Of a DNA stretch of 64,000 nucleotides, positions 48,359 through 60,100 are shown one piece after another. The DNA comes from an uncultured Verrucomicrobiae bacterium (GTDB taxonomy: Bacteria > Verrucomicrobiota > Verrucomicrobiia > Chthoniobacterales > UBA10450): NCBI GenBank assembly GCA_963772365.1, contig CAVYXA010000003.1, positions 448,001 to 512,000 on the forward strand, given 5' to 3'. The notes below the pieces were generated by a model, which had not been told where the DNA came from, did not search any database, and worked only from the letters and a program-made list of their open reading frames with translations. Made by a program: the position numbers and the translations under genes. Position 1 is the first letter of the stretch; each line of letters starts with the position of its first letter.

Positions 48359-51118
48359 ATGAGTCAGAATTACAAGGACACGCTCAACCTGCCGCGCACG
48401 GAATTTCCGATGAAAGCGAATCTGCCTGCGCGTGAGCCGGAAATCCTGCGGATGTGGCACGAAACGCGTATTTACGAGCAGATCCAGAAATCGCGGCAAG
48501 ATCGACAATTATTCGTTCTGCACGATGGACCGCCTTTTGCCAATGGCGACGTTCACATGGGCACAGCCCTCAACAAGATCCTCAAGGACTTCGTGGTGAA
48601 ATCGCAAACCATGCTCGGAAAGAGGGCGCCGTATGTGCCGGGCTGGGACTGCCACGGATTGCCTATCGAATACAAGGTAGTAAAGGAATCCCGCGGGCTT
48701 TCGCCGCTGGAAGTACGGAAGCGCTCCGAAGCGTTTGCCCGCAAATATGTCGATATTCAGCGCGAGCAATTCAAGCGGCTTGGAGCGTTAGGAGATTGGG
48801 AGCATCCCTATCTCACTCTCGATCCAAAATACGAAGCCGAGATTCTGCGAGCGTTTGCTGTTTTTGTTGAGAAAGACCTCGTCTATCAATCGCTCAAGCC
48901 AGTTTTCTGGAGCACTGGCGCGCAGACTGCACTCGCCGAAGCCGAAGTAGAATATCAGGAGCGCGACGACGCTGCTGTTTACGTGGAATTTCCAATATCA
49001 AGCGGCGATTGGCGGGACAAAGCGAGCATCGCGATCTGGACGACGACGCCGTGGACTTTGCCTGCCAATCTCGCGATCGCTGTCGATCCGAAGGAGCTCT
49101 ACGTGATCCAAGAATTTTCGCGCGACGGAGTCACAAAGACGCTCCTTCTAGCTGACAAGCTCGTTCCGCAATTTTGCGCAAACACCGGTTTTGATCCGGT
49201 CGGTGAACCGAAGGCCTCTTTTCCCGGTAGCAAGATTGAGAACACCAAAACGCTTCATCCGTTTTTGGATCGCGAAGCAATCGTCCTGGCAGCGGGTTTC
49301 GTCACGATGGACACGGGCACCGGCGCCGTGCATGTCGCGCCAGGACATGGTGCGGATGATTATGCGTTGGGAAGCGCCAACAAATTGTCGATCTTATCAC
49401 CCGTCGACGATCATGGCCGGTTCAGCGACGAAGCGGGTCTGCCGAATCTTACCGGCAAATACGTTTTCGATGCCAACATCGACATCGTCCATTTGCTGAG
49501 GGAGCGCGGCAAGTTGTTAGGGGAGCAAAAGTTTCATCACTCCTATCCATATTGCTGGCGCTCAAAAACTCCGATCATCTTTCGCGCAGTCGAGCAATTC
49601 TTCATCCGCATCGACGAGCTGCGCGCCAGGGCACTCGAGGCCATTCATAAAGAAGTCACCTGGATTCCGGCTTGGGGAGAAAATCGAATCGCCGGTACGG
49701 TCGAGTCACGCCCCGATTGGGTGATTTCCCGGCAACGAAGCTGGGGTGTGCCGCTGCCCGTTTTTTATTCGCCGGATGGCAAAGCGATTGTCGATGCAAA
49801 AACAATCCGCAAGCTGGCCGATATAGTAAGCGAGCGGGGTTCGAACATCTGGTTCGAATTGAGCGACGCTGACCTGGCAAGGGAACTTGGGCTCCCGCCC
49901 GGCACGACCAAACGCAACGACACCATCGACGTTTGGATCGACAGCGGCGTTTCGCACAAGGCGGTTTGTGCGATTCACCCCGAACTGCGCGATCCGGCGG
50001 ACATGTACCTGGAAGCGACGGACCAACATCGCGGCTGGTTTCAATCCTCGCTGATGACCAGCATCGCGTTGAATGATCGCGCGCCCTATAAAATCTGCGT
50101 GACTCACGGGTTTGTTGTCGATCTTGACGGCAAGAAAATTTCCAAATCCGGAACTTACGATAAGCCGATGGATGCCGGGCATTTTGTTGGCCGACACGGG
50201 GCCGATTTGGTCCGGCTTTGGGCGAGCAGTATTAACTACACGGATGATGTTCCTTTTTCGGAAGAAATGTTCACCAGGCTCGGTGATACTTATCGCCGGA
50301 TTCGAAATACGTTACGGATTTTGCTAGGAAATCTCTTCGATTTTCCTGTAGCGCTCTATGAGCGTCGCCATTCGAGGGAAGAAAGTTTGCGACGGTCGCA
50401 GACCGCCGCTACAGAAGAGAAGGATTTCACGTTGGTGGATCGCTGGATTGTGGCGCGGTTAAATGAAGTGATTCGGGAATGTCGGGCGGCGTATGAAGCA
50501 TTCGAGTTTCACAAAGTCTATCACACGCTCAATCAGTTTTGCGCTGTGGATCTGAGCAGTCTTTACATCGATATCACCAAGGACCGTATGTATTGCGATG
50601 CGCCCTATTCACCACGGCGCCGCGCGACACAGTCAGTGATGAAAGAGGTCTTCGATACGCTGTGCAAATTGCTCGCGCCGGTTCTTGCATTTACGGCCGA
50701 GGAAGCCTGGCGGTATTCGGAGCCGCGGGGATCCATTCATCTTCAGGAGTTTCCTAAACCAAAAGAGACGGATGGCAAAGTAAGCAGCGACGTCGCAGAG
50801 TTATTGAAGCTACGCGGGATTATTGGTCAGGCGATCGAGCGAGCACGACAGGACAAATTGATCGGCAACGCTTTGGAGGCGGCGGTGAGTTTGACCTCCG
50901 ATTCAAAGGTAACGGCGAAGATCGACAAGCAGGAGCTGGAGGAATTCTTTATTCTGAGCGATCTCACGATTCAGCAGGGGAAAGAAGCGAGCGCTTCAGT
51001 CAGTAAAACCACTTACCGCAAATGCGTTCGTTGCTGGCGTCATCGGCCCGAAGTGGGTCAGAGCAAAGCGCAGCCGGAATTGTGCAATCGGTGCGAAAGC
51101 GTGATCGCTTTGCGATAG
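48359..51118 (+). CDS. ileS: Isoleucine--tRNA ligase (type 1)
   Basis: YKDTLNLP, LHDGPPFANG, PGWDCHGLP, DW.ISRQR.WG, DQHRGWF, KISKS, C-terminal zinc finger CVRC..CNRC. Confidence 0.97.
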   Translation: MSQNYKDTLNLPRTEFPMKANLPAREPEILRMWHETRIYEQIQKSRQDRQLFVLHDGPPFANGDVHMGTALNKILKDFVVKSQTMLGKRAPYVPGWDCHGLPIEYKVVKESRGLSPLEVRKRSEAFARKYVDIQREQFKRLGALGDWEHPYLTLDPKYEAEILRAFAVFVEKDLVYQSLKPVFWSTGAQTALAEAEVEYQERDDAAVYVEFPISSGDWRDKASIAIWTTTPWTLPANLAIAVDPKELYVIQEFSRDGVTKTLLLADKLVPQFCANTGFDPVGEPKASFPGSKIENTKTLHPFLDREAIVLAAGFVTMDTGTGAVHVAPGHGADDYALGSANKLSILSPVDDHGRFSDEAGLPNLTGKYVFDANIDIVHLLRERGKLLGEQKFHHSYPYCWRSKTPIIFRAVEQFFIRIDELRARALEAIHKEVTWIPAWGENRIAGTVESRPDWVISRQRSWGVPLPVFYSPDGKAIVDAKTIRKLADIVSERGSNIWFELSDADLARELGLPPGTTKRNDTIDVWIDSGVSHKAVCAIHPELRDPADMYLEATDQHRGWFQSSLMTSIALNDRAPYKICVTHGFVVDLDGKKISKSGTYDKPMDAGHFVGRHGADLVRLWASSINYTDDVPFSEEMFTRLGDTYRRIRNTLRILLGNLFDFPVALYERRHSREESLRRSQTAATEEKDFTLVDRWIVARLNEVIRECRAAYEAFEFHKVYHTLNQFCAVDLSSLYIDITKDRMYCDAPYSPRRRATQSVMKEVFDTLCKLLAPVLAFTAEEAWRYSEPRGSIHLQEFPKPKETDGKVSSDVAELLKLRGIIGQAIERARQDKLIGNALEAAVSLTSDSKVTAKIDKQELEEFFILSDLTIQQGKEASASVSKTTYRKCVRCWRHRPEVGQSKAQPELCNRCESVIALR
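50347..50413. repeat. GTAG-family REP-like palindrome inside the ileS reading frame
   Basis: TGTAGCGCTCTATGAGCGTCGC...GCGACGGTCGCAGACCGCCGCTACA. Confidence 0.85.
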
Positions 51119-51315
51119 GCAGATTTCACTCGGTCGTCGATCCTCGGTCGACTTGGGCAAAATAAAGGGATCCGGATCGCTGTTGCATCCTGCAGAAGTT
51201 CCGAGGGTCAATGCACGACGCGAAATAGGTATGATCGAGGAATCTCTTGCCATTTGTAAGCAGAATAATGAAAGGTGTCACCGGCCGGCTGAAGTGCTGA
51301 AGCTGCAGGGTCGAC

Positions 51316-51831
51316 ATGAGGTTCATCTTTTTTCTATCCATCCCGCTTTACGCGTTAGATCAATGGACAAAATATCTGGTAGTGCAAAACATCGATCCTC
51401 ATCAACCGCGCAACCTCATTCCGGATTTTTTCGAGCTTGTGCGTATCACGAACACCGGCGCGGCATTCGGATCCTTCAAGAACAATAACGCTTTCTTCAT
51501 CGCGATTTCCTGTATCGCGTTGATTTTCGTTCTGGTGCTTTTATTACGGCGCCGTGCACCGGATGCCTGGCGGGATATTTCCCTTGCGCTGTTGCTGGCT
51601 GGAATCCTCGGGAATCTGACCGATCGTCTCCTGCACGGTTACGTGATCGATTTCCTCCTGTTCGATTTACACATTCCGTATGCTCATCCTTGGCCGGCCT
51701 TCAATATCGCCGATTCCTGCATCACAATTGCAGTAGTCTTTTTTCTCGTACATTCCTTTCACCAGGCTAGATCTGGCGAAAAAAAGCAAGTTGCACATGC
51801 AAATCGGATGGAGTCGCAACATCCGGGGTGA
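51316..51831 (+). CDS. lspA: Lipoprotein signal peptidase II
   Basis: DQWTK, NTGAAFG, GNLTDR, VIDF, WPAFNIAD; follows ileS. Confidence 0.95.
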   Translation: MRFIFFLSIPLYALDQWTKYLVVQNIDPHQPRNLIPDFFELVRITNTGAAFGSFKNNNAFFIAISCIALIFVLVLLLRRRAPDAWRDISLALLLAGILGNLTDRLLHGYVIDFLLFDLHIPYAHPWPAFNIADSCITIAVVFFLVHSFHQARSGEKKQVAHANRMESQHPG

Positions 51832-51870
51832 ATGGCGCGAGCGTATTATTGCGGCATCCCGCTTATCGGC

Positions 51871-52517
51871 TCAGCCTGTCGCGGCAAGCGCAAGTAATTC
51901 GCGGACTTCTTCGTCACTCGTTTGCGAAAAATCCCGGTAGTACTGCCCCACCGCCCGGAAAAATTCTGGTGTAATAGCACAAACGATTTCATCGGCTTCC
52001 GCCTCGATCTCACGGCAAGTTTCGGGCGGTCCAACCGGGACGGCTACGACAATTTTTGCCGCGCCTGATTGACGCAATGCTTTAACCGCCGCGCGCATGG
52101 TTGCACCGGTGGCAAGGCCATCGTCAACAAGGATGATAATCGATCGCGCAATTGCGGTGGCGGTCGACCGGCCCGATAACTTTGCTCGCGCCGCTCCAGT
52201 TCGGCCTTTTCTCGCCTTGTCACCGATTCAATAATTTCGTCGGAGTGTGGCAATGCGCGAACGACATCTTCATTCAGAACGCGCACGCCACCCGAAGCAA
52301 TTGCACCCGCAGCCAATTCCTCGAAGCCGGGCACACCGAGCTTGCGAACGAGAAAAACATCGAGAGGCGCCTGCAAAGCCTTTGCTACTTCATATGCCAC
52401 CGGAACACCTCCGCGGGGCAATCCCAGCACAATGACGTCGTTGCGCCCCGCGTAGTCTTTTAGTTTTTCGGCCAGGAATCGCCCGGCCTCAGCTCGATCC
52501 GCAAAAGTTGCGTCCAT
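51871..52517 (-). CDS. Phosphoribosyltransferase-family protein with one frameshift near 52140
   Basis: [23 protein letters not shown] in one frame; [34 protein letters not shown] in the next. Confidence 0.85.
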
Positions 52518-52593
52518 AAAATTCGCGCTTCGCTGAAAATTTCACCTGTTCGATGTGCAAACGCTCTTGGCACGCCAATCTCAATTCGATCGC

Positions 52594-54114
52594 TTATCCT
52601 TCCGGCGCCAATTCGGGGGATCCGACAACGCGAGTCGGAACGAGCCGTAGCGATGGCCCCGTCGTTTCCTCAGCCTCAGACGGACCCGCTTCGTGATACT
52701 CGGCGTCCCCGTTGACTTGCCAAAGGTCGTAAAGCCTGCTGTCGGCCAGAATGTTTTCCACACAGAGCATGGCGGTCATCATGGCGTGGTCTTGATTGTT
52801 ATATTTATGCATTCCGTTGCGACCAACCAGGTGCAAATTGGGATAGCGATCTTCCAGTTCCTGTCGAATTACCGCAATGTGACTAGCGTAGTCGTCATCG
52901 TAAACCGGGTAAGCTTTTTTCTGACGAACGACCGTCCCATCGACAATGTCACCCTTTTTGGCCAGGCCGATCTGCATCAATTCGCGCCTGGCAAGCTGGA
53001 TCAGCTCCTCATCGGTAGAATTCCAAAGGCCATCGTGCTCGAAACAGAAGTATTCCAATCCATAACAAGCCTTGCCGCTATCCGGCACCATTTCCGGCGA
53101 CCAGGAACGGAAATTTTGTATTCGCCCCACTTTAACCTTGGGATCGTGGATGTAGATCCAATTGTCGGAAAACATGTTTCGCTCTTTCAAGATGAGCATC
53201 ACCGTGAGGAAGTCGCGGTACTTCAAGCTTTCCGCAGCATGCCGGGTTCGATCACTTACCGAAGGCGTGAGGCCGCGCACGAGTGATCGAATCGGGGCGG
53301 AGGAAATTATATGCTCGGCTTCGATTCTACCGCTGCTGCCTTGTCGATCCTCGAATTCAACAGTCCAGGTGCGAGATTCTTCGCTGTAGGAACAATGCGT
53401 CACCTTGCGACTCATGTCGATCCTGCCGCCCAATGCCTTTATTTTTTTCGCGCAGGCTTCCCACATCATACCGGGGCCACGGCGGGGATAGCGGAACGAG
53501 TGGATCAAGGTTTTGATCACCTTGGAACGATCGCCGTTGTAACGTTGCGGCAGCAGCGCATTCTTGATCGCGCTTCCAAGAGATAAACCTTTTATCCGCT
53601 GCGCCGCCCAATCCGCGGAGATTTCTTTGCAGCTCATCCCCCAAACCTTTTCGGTGTAGCTCTTGAAGAAAATATCGAATAGGCGGCGGCCAAATTGATT
53701 ACTCACCCAGTCTTCGAAGTTGCGCGGCTCGCGGACCGGAACCAGACGCGCCTTCATCCAGGAAAAAATGCAAAGGCAGGATCGGAAAACACCAAGCTTG
53801 ATTAGCGCTTCGAAAGGTTTGAGCGGATAAGAAAAAAACTTCCCATTGTAAAAAATTCGCGACGAGCGCGGCCGCACCAGCATGTCATCAGGCAGAATCT
53901 CGGTCCAAAGATCCTCGACTGCCTTGGACTTGGAAAAGAACCGATGGCCGCCGATGTCGAAATGAAACCCCTTGTATGTGACGGTGCGCGAAATGCCGCC
54001 GACATAATGCGGATCGGCTTCCAAGATGACCGTGTCGATGCCGTTCTTCGAGAGGAGGTAACCCGCAGTCAACCCAGCGGGTCCGGCGCCGATGATAGCG
54101 ACATTCGTTTTCAT
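52594..54114 (-). CDS. NAD(P)/FAD-dependent oxidoreductase (protoporphyrinogen-oxidase-like fold, often in glycosylation loci)
   Basis: [45 protein letters not shown]. Confidence 0.85.
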   Translation of the reverse strand: MKTNVAIIGAGPAGLTAGYLLSKNGIDTVILEADPHYVGGISRTVTYKGFHFDIGGHRFFSKSKAVEDLWTEILPDDMLVRPRSSRIFYNGKFFSYPLKPFEALIKLGVFRSCLCIFSWMKARLVPVREPRNFEDWVSNQFGRRLFDIFFKSYTEKVWGMSCKEISADWAAQRIKGLSLGSAIKNALLPQRYNGDRSKVIKTLIHSFRYPRRGPGMMWEACAKKIKALGGRIDMSRKVTHCSYSEESRTWTVEFEDRQGSSGRIEAEHIISSAPIRSLVRGLTPSVSDRTRHAAESLKYRDFLTVMLILKERNMFSDNWIYIHDPKVKVGRIQNFRSWSPEMVPDSGKACYGLEYFCFEHDGLWNSTDEELIQLARRELMQIGLAKKGDIVDGTVVRQKKAYPVYDDDYASHIAVIRQELEDRYPNLHLVGRNGMHKYNNQDHAMMTAMLCVENILADSRLYDLWQVNGDAEYHEAGPSEAEETTGPSLRLVPTRVVGSPELAPEG

Positions 54115-54118
54115 CGCC

Positions 54119-55339
54119 TTATGCAATCCAGTTGCCGCGGGTGAAATTCCAGAGATACCACCCTTGTAAGCTCAGCCCGGCAGCGCAGGCCAAAATGATG
54201 GCTAAAATTCCCAGAGCTCGAACGAAGGCCGGTGTCTGCTGAACCTGGCGCAACAAATTTAATACGCCCAGCACGATGAGGGCGTGGACGCAAAATTCGT
54301 AGCGCAGCATGCTTTCCATGTTCACGCACGCCACGCCGCTCACCGAAACGTAATAGATGACAGCAGCACAAAAATAGATGCCGGCGCGGGTCGGCCAGTT
54401 TGCGCGTTCATGGATCGCTGGAACGAACTCGCAGATAACGATGGGAACAAAAAGCAGCGCGCCCAGCGTCATCGACATTTGGCTTGTCTGCGTTGGGTTA
54501 TCGAGCGCCGGAATGAGCCAGTGGTAACTCGATGGCTTAAACACCGCTAGATAATCGGGCACGATCCCCCAACCGGCTGCTTGAGTCAGCATGTAAAGAT
54601 TCCAGTTTCCCCAGCGCAATTGGCAATAGGCGAAAAACGCGAGAGCGCCGCTTGTCGCGACAACCATCAGAGCCGCCGCTCGCACGTAAACGCGAAACCA
54701 CGTAGTGGGCTGGCGTAGTCCTTCCCATCCGTTAGCGACGATTGAGCGTACAAGCGGGAAAGCCGCACACGGAATTCCTACAATCCGAGTGGAGCACATG
54801 AGAATGCCGTGAATCGCGCCCAAGAATTTTGGGGTTCGACTATCTATGCTGGTCCAATAGATGAATCCCATCAAAGCCAAGAGAAAGAGCGATTCGGAAT
54901 AAGCAGCGATCAAAAAGAAAGCAGCCGGATGAGCAAGGATCGACAGTGCACCGAAAAATTGCAGTGAGGGTGAAACATTCCAGCGTTGGCAAAAGAGAAA
55001 GAAATAGCTCCAAAAACCCCAGGCAGCGATCTGGGCAGCGATGAGGAGCGCATTCGAGGTGGCGAGATGAAAGCCGTAGTGAAGCAGCGCGGCGATAGCT
55101 GGATAACCCGGAAAGAACGCGACATTTGAAACTTCCATTACCTTTTGATTGATCGGAGGCACCGGCGTGCCATAACCGCGATCGATGATGTTCATGAACC
55201 AGTAACTGTCATGTTGAACCAAAGTGGAATAACGATAGGAAAGCGGCCCTTCCGGCGCCAAAAGGAGAACGGCCGCCGCGATTTGGGCGAGGGTAAGAGA
55301 TAATCCCGCGAACAAAGAAAGGAATTGTGACCGGCTCAT
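54119..55339 (-). CDS. Polytopic GT-C glycosyltransferase-like membrane protein
   Basis: QHDSYWF..I..RGY, AFFPGYP, YSESLFL, Q..GWG, RY; ATG at 55339. Confidence 0.7.
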   Translation of the reverse strand: MSRSQFLSLFAGLSLTLAQIAAAVLLLAPEGPLSYRYSTLVQHDSYWFMNIIDRGYGTPVPPINQKVMEVSNVAFFPGYPAIAALLHYGFHLATSNALLIAAQIAAWGFWSYFFLFCQRWNVSPSLQFFGALSILAHPAAFFLIAAYSESLFLLALMGFIYWTSIDSRTPKFLGAIHGILMCSTRIVGIPCAAFPLVRSIVANGWEGLRQPTTWFRVYVRAAALMVVATSGALAFFAYCQLRWGNWNLYMLTQAAGWGIVPDYLAVFKPSSYHWLIPALDNPTQTSQMSMTLGALLFVPIVICEFVPAIHERANWPTRAGIYFCAAVIYYVSVSGVACVNMESMLRYEFCVHALIVLGVLNLLRQVQQTPAFVRALGILAIILACAAGLSLQGWYLWNFTRGNWIA

Positions 55340-55502
55340 CACGGGATCAGGACAATCTCTGGAGAAGACCGAAACGTTTGACGTATGGCAAGTACTTCCG
55401 GGCAAAACAAAACGCGCGGTCAGAAACGGGCAATCTATTAAATCCATGGTCCCCTGGAGCAGGAATTTGACGGATCGAATCTCTGTTTATTCGCGAGCGC
55501 GA

Positions 55503-56954
55503 TTATGCAACTGCTTCGTTCTCCGTGCCCAGAAGTTCCCGGTAAACTTCTTCATATCGCCGGGCCGATGTCTCCCACGAAAATTGCTTCGACATCGCGC
55601 GCTTCATCAACTCCATCCACAGTTCCCGATTTTGAAAAGTTTCTCGGGCCCGTTTGATAGCGTCCCAAAAGGCCTCGGTCGAGTAATCGTAAAAAAGAAA
55701 CCCATATCCCGTCTCCAGAGTTGGATCATAATCGGCAATGATCTCATGGATGCCGCCGGTTGCCCTGGCCACGGGAAGCGCGCCGTAAGCGAGATTATAC
55801 ATTGCGCTGAGGCCGGCCGGTTCGACCCGCGACGGGATCAGGCTAATATCCATGCCGGCCTCGATTACATGCGCTGTTTTTTCGTCGTAGCTTTTTTGAT
55901 AGGCAAATTTCGTGGGAAATTTGCGGGCCGTGACGGCCAGAGCCGTTTCAAAGGCAGGGTCGCCTTCGCCCAGGATAATCAGCCGCACGTCGTCCGAAAG
56001 GAGTCGGTCGAGAAGCGGGACGAGGATTTCGAATCCTTTTTCCTTAACCACCCTTGTCACCATGCCAAAGACTGGTCCAATCGGATCAGGGGCCAGCCGC
56101 AATCCCCCTAACAAAGCCTGGCGAGAAATCTCTTTCCCCAAAAACGAATTCGAACCGTAATTGGCCGGCAGCAGTTTGTCTGTCTCTGGGTTCCATCGCT
56201 CGTAATCAGCGCCATGCAAAATGCCCAGCAGACGGTGCGCATTTTCCCGAATCACAACATCCAGACCGCATCCGCCGGCAGGCGTCTGGATCTCGCTTCG
56301 ATAATGCTCGCTCACGGTGGTGATTTTGTCGGCGTAGAGAATTCCTCCTTTGAGAAAATTGACCGCTCCGAAAAACTCGATGCCGCGCAAAGTGAAAAAC
56401 CGTTCGGGCAAATTTGTAAGCGAAAAGTCCAAACCCCAGAAACTGCCTTGCTCGGCCAGATGGTGAATGGTCAGAACCGTTTTGAACGGCAAACCATGCG
56501 CATGCACAAACACCGGGATCAGCGCGGCCGCCCAATCGTGCACATGCAAAATCTCGACCGCCGGGGATAATCGGCGCGCCAGCTCAATCACCGCTTTGCA
56601 AAAAAAGATGAAGCGCGCCGAATTATCTTCATAGGCCTGGCCGTGCTCTCCATAAATCCCCGGCCGATCGAAAAATTCATCGCAGCGAACAAAAAACAAT
56701 TGTACGTCATGGGGGCTGCGGCCTTCCAGATATTCGGCGACATAGGTTTTGTTGCCGACGCGAACATCGACAGTGACACCCGTGTCCTTCTCTTTGAACT
56801 GCGTGTCCTCGCGAATCTCCTTGTAAAATGGAAGGGCGACACTCACATCATGACCGCGCTCGCGTAAATTGTGCGGCAGCGCATCCATCACATCGATGAG
56901 CGCGCCCGCCCGCCGCATAGGCGGCCCTTCCGCACTAGCCATTAGGATTTTCAC
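55503..56954 (-). CDS. glgA: Glycogen/starch synthase (GT5), divergent N-terminal motif
   Basis: YEDN..RF, HVHDW, TIH..A.QG, TTVS..Y, R...KG, PSRVEPAGL, TGG. Confidence 0.85.
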   Translation of the reverse strand: MKILMASAEGPPMRRAGALIDVMDALPHNLRERGHDVSVALPFYKEIREDTQFKEKDTGVTVDVRVGNKTYVAEYLEGRSPHDVQLFFVRCDEFFDRPGIYGEHGQAYEDNSARFIFFCKAVIELARRLSPAVEILHVHDWAAALIPVFVHAHGLPFKTVLTIHHLAEQGSFWGLDFSLTNLPERFFTLRGIEFFGAVNFLKGGILYADKITTVSEHYRSEIQTPAGGCGLDVVIRENAHRLLGILHGADYERWNPETDKLLPANYGSNSFLGKEISRQALLGGLRLAPDPIGPVFGMVTRVVKEKGFEILVPLLDRLLSDDVRLIILGEGDPAFETALAVTARKFPTKFAYQKSYDEKTAHVIEAGMDISLIPSRVEPAGLSAMYNLAYGALPVARATGGIHEIIADYDPTLETGYGFLFYDYSTEAFWDAIKRARETFQNRELWMELMKRAMSKQFSWETSARRYEEVYRELLGTENEAVA

Positions 56955-57137
56955 AGAAAAAAGGCTCGGCTTTCACGCTGCGAGCATCAAGGCGAAACCT
57001 GCCGATAATTTTTAAGAAATTCCCTTGCAAAGTCGGTTGGAATCTGCTTTACACTACGCCGCTCGATCACGCCATGCGGTGGCTAACCATGTTCTTCCGC
57101 TGGCCATGTCGATCTTACCAAACACGCAATTAATCCC

Positions 57138-60100
57138 ATGAAAAAAACTTCTACTTCTATGTCTGGCGTCAGCAATGCCCGCGCGTTGCTGGCTTTTGTT
57201 CTTGTTTCTGCCGGCGCTCTGCTGGCGATTTTCAGTTTCGCGGGAATCTCATCGAAGCTGACTTCGACTGTTGATGAGCGTTTGCGCGATATGCCCGTTC
57301 CCGGCGGTCGCGTCGATGATTTGGAGCGAATGCAGATGGAATGGCATAACCGAGTGACCTATCCGACTGGCCATTTCAATCCTGAATGGATTCGGAACGC
57401 CGCCGCACAGGATTTCCAGATGGCGAGGCGCGTACCATCAGGCCTCAGGAGAACGAATTTCGGACTGGGCAAAAATGGGCCGCTGGCGGTAGAAGTGAAC
57501 GCCTTCACTGCGCTCGGGCCTCAGCCGGAACACATGACCGGCTGCCAGGGTTGCTTTGATTACGGCACAACTGAGGGACGCGTAAACACTGTCGCGATCG
57601 ATCCCACTACGACCACGAACGGCTCCATTGTCGCCTACGTCGGAACGGATGGTGGAGGGGTTTGGAAGACAACGAATTGCTGCGATGCCAGCACCACTTG
57701 GAGTGTTTTGACCGATGATGCAGCGGTAAGTACTACTTCCATCGACAGCGTCACCATCGATCCTAATAATCACAACACGATTTACGCTGGGACGGGCGAC
57801 CTCAACTTCGGTTCGTTTTCGTATGGCAGCCAGGGTATTCTGAAATCGATCAATGGCGGCGCGACTTGGAGCGTACTGGGCGCGGATGTTTTCGGCGCGG
57901 CCTATCCTGAACCGGCCGGCCAATTCCCGCAGTATCAAGCCGTGGGCAAGGTGCGCGTTGATCCGAATAACAGCAACAAAGTCGTGGCGGGAACAAAGAC
58001 GGGTCTCTACTTCTCCTACGACGGCGGCGTGAATTGGGCTGGTCCTTGCACGACTAACAGCTTTAATACGCAACGGCAGGACATCACCGGACTTGAGCTC
58101 ACCAATTTAGGCGGCGGTGTCACGCGCATTCTCGCTGCAGTGGGCACGCGCGGTTTTGCCACGAACGTACAATACGATTTGGGCAGCAATGGAGCGAACG
58201 GTCTCTACAAAGGAACGATGCCCGCCAGCGGTTGCCCGGTAGATTTCAGTCCCATCAGCGTCGATGGTAACGGATTCGTCTTTGGTACTCAGGTAGTCGG
58301 CAGCCCTTACACGACCGGCGCTGCGATGAATGGCGCGAGCGGCACGCCATACGGCGGACTCAATGTCGGCAATCAGCTTGGTCGGATGGAGATTGCGGTG
58401 GCGCCGAGTAACCCGGATTACATCTATGCTCAGGTTCAATCGATCGCTCAAAACAGCAATAGCGGTTGCGGCAATGCTAATGGCTGTCAGCTGGGCGTTT
58501 GGGTAACCACCGATGGCGGTACCTCCTGGAGTTTCCTCAATGGATCCGCCGGCGGCTCGCTTCGAAACTGCAACAATGGGCAGGGCGATTATCCACAGAA
58601 TTGGTACGACCAGGGAATCGCTGTCGATCCTAACAATCCAGACCGCCTCTTCGTCGATACATTCGATACCTGGCTGGCAGATCGGAATGGAATTTCATTC
58701 TACGATCTGACCTGCGGATATAGTGGCGGCCATGTCGTGCATGTGGACCAGCACGCGCTCGCCTTTGTGCAAGGTTCCTCCAGTATCCTGCTCAAAGGCA
58801 GTGATGGAGGAATCTTCTCCAGCCCAGACGCCGATACAGCGGTCATTGGCGTCGTAAGAAACACGTGGGTCAACATGGACACCGGGATAAACTCGATCGA
58901 GTTTTATTCCGGCGACATTAGCGGCGACTTCGCCACATCGGCAAATCCTTCTGCTGTCGGTGGCGCGCAGGATAATGGCCCAAGCTCGGCCACGTTCTCC
59001 GGCTTTCCCACTGGTCCCGTTCAATGGCAGGAAGGCTTGGGTGGTGATGGATTCTTCGCCCGTATCGACCCGGTCGGGACAGGTTCAAGTCTCCGGTTTT
59101 TCCAAGGCAACAACAGCGGTGGTCTGAGCCGATGCGTCAGTAATTGCACGTCCCCCGGAGCGAGCTGGACGAGCATTCGCCCTGGCTGGACCGGCGATAC
59201 ACAGTCGTTCATTCTGCCCTGGGATATTTTCCATGGCGGGATTGCTGGCGGCGATGATTGCGCACCGGCAGGTGTTCCCGGCGGGTGCGGGCATTTGATT
59301 GCTGGAACGACTCGGGTTTGGGAAACAATCCGAGCCACGGACGCAAGCGGTGTGAACTCGACCTGGTACATGACCAACAATCCCACGACACAAAACATGA
59401 CCAAGCAAACGCTGGGCAACCGTTCTCACATCAACCAGTTGAAGTATTCGCCGAAATACAGCAGCGTCGCGATGGTCGGCACGAACGACGCCAATGCCTG
59501 GATCGGTTTCAATCTCGGCACCGGGACGGCGAGTCAGGCCAACTGGGTCGACGTGACGGATGGGAACACCGTTCTGCCCAATCGGCCCGTGCTTAACGTC
59601 GCCCTCGATCCTACGGTTGCGGCGGCGAATGTGCCAGTCGGCTACGCGGCGGTGGGTGGCTTCAATGCGAATACGCCGACAATGCCCGGTCACGTCTTCC
59701 AAGTTACTTGCGGTGCGAATTGCGGCTCATTCACCTGGCTGGATAAAACCGGCAATCTGCCCGACATCCCGGTAGATTCCATTATCGTGAATCCGAATTT
59801 CCCGCAGCAGGTTTTCGCCGGCACGGACTTCGGACTCTATTTCACGGACGATATTACAGCGGCTTCGCCCACCTGGTACCGTTTCAACAACGGATTACCG
59901 AATACGATGATCTGGGACATGCAGATCGACCGGGGCAGCACCACGCTTTCGCTCTGGACCCGTGGTCGGGGCGCTTTCGCGTGGCCGCTCCCGATAGGGC
60001 TGATTCAAACGCTCCAGGTAAACAGCATTGCGTCGCGCAAAGTTCATGGCACGGCCGGCACGTTCGATATCGATCTTGGGCTTGATGGGAGTAACGCGAC

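Noticed and set aside
51126..51341. Small antisense ORF between ileS and lspA (PFIILLTNGKRF)
   Set aside because: Overlaps the lspA start head-to-head, no RBS, only faint resemblance to small hypothetical proteins
52044..52200. Split phosphoribosyltransferase ORF
   Set aside because: One missing base before [10 protein letters not shown] with no slippery site; probably a sequencing error
10125..55339. ino1 plus two PIG-V-like GT-C genes as a GPI/PIM-like pathway
   Set aside because: The genes are far apart and unlinked, and no phosphatidylinositol synthase is visible
57060..57120. Possible structured leader upstream of the large secreted protein
   Set aside because: Pairing is short and imperfect, with no recognisable riboswitch consensus and no second copy
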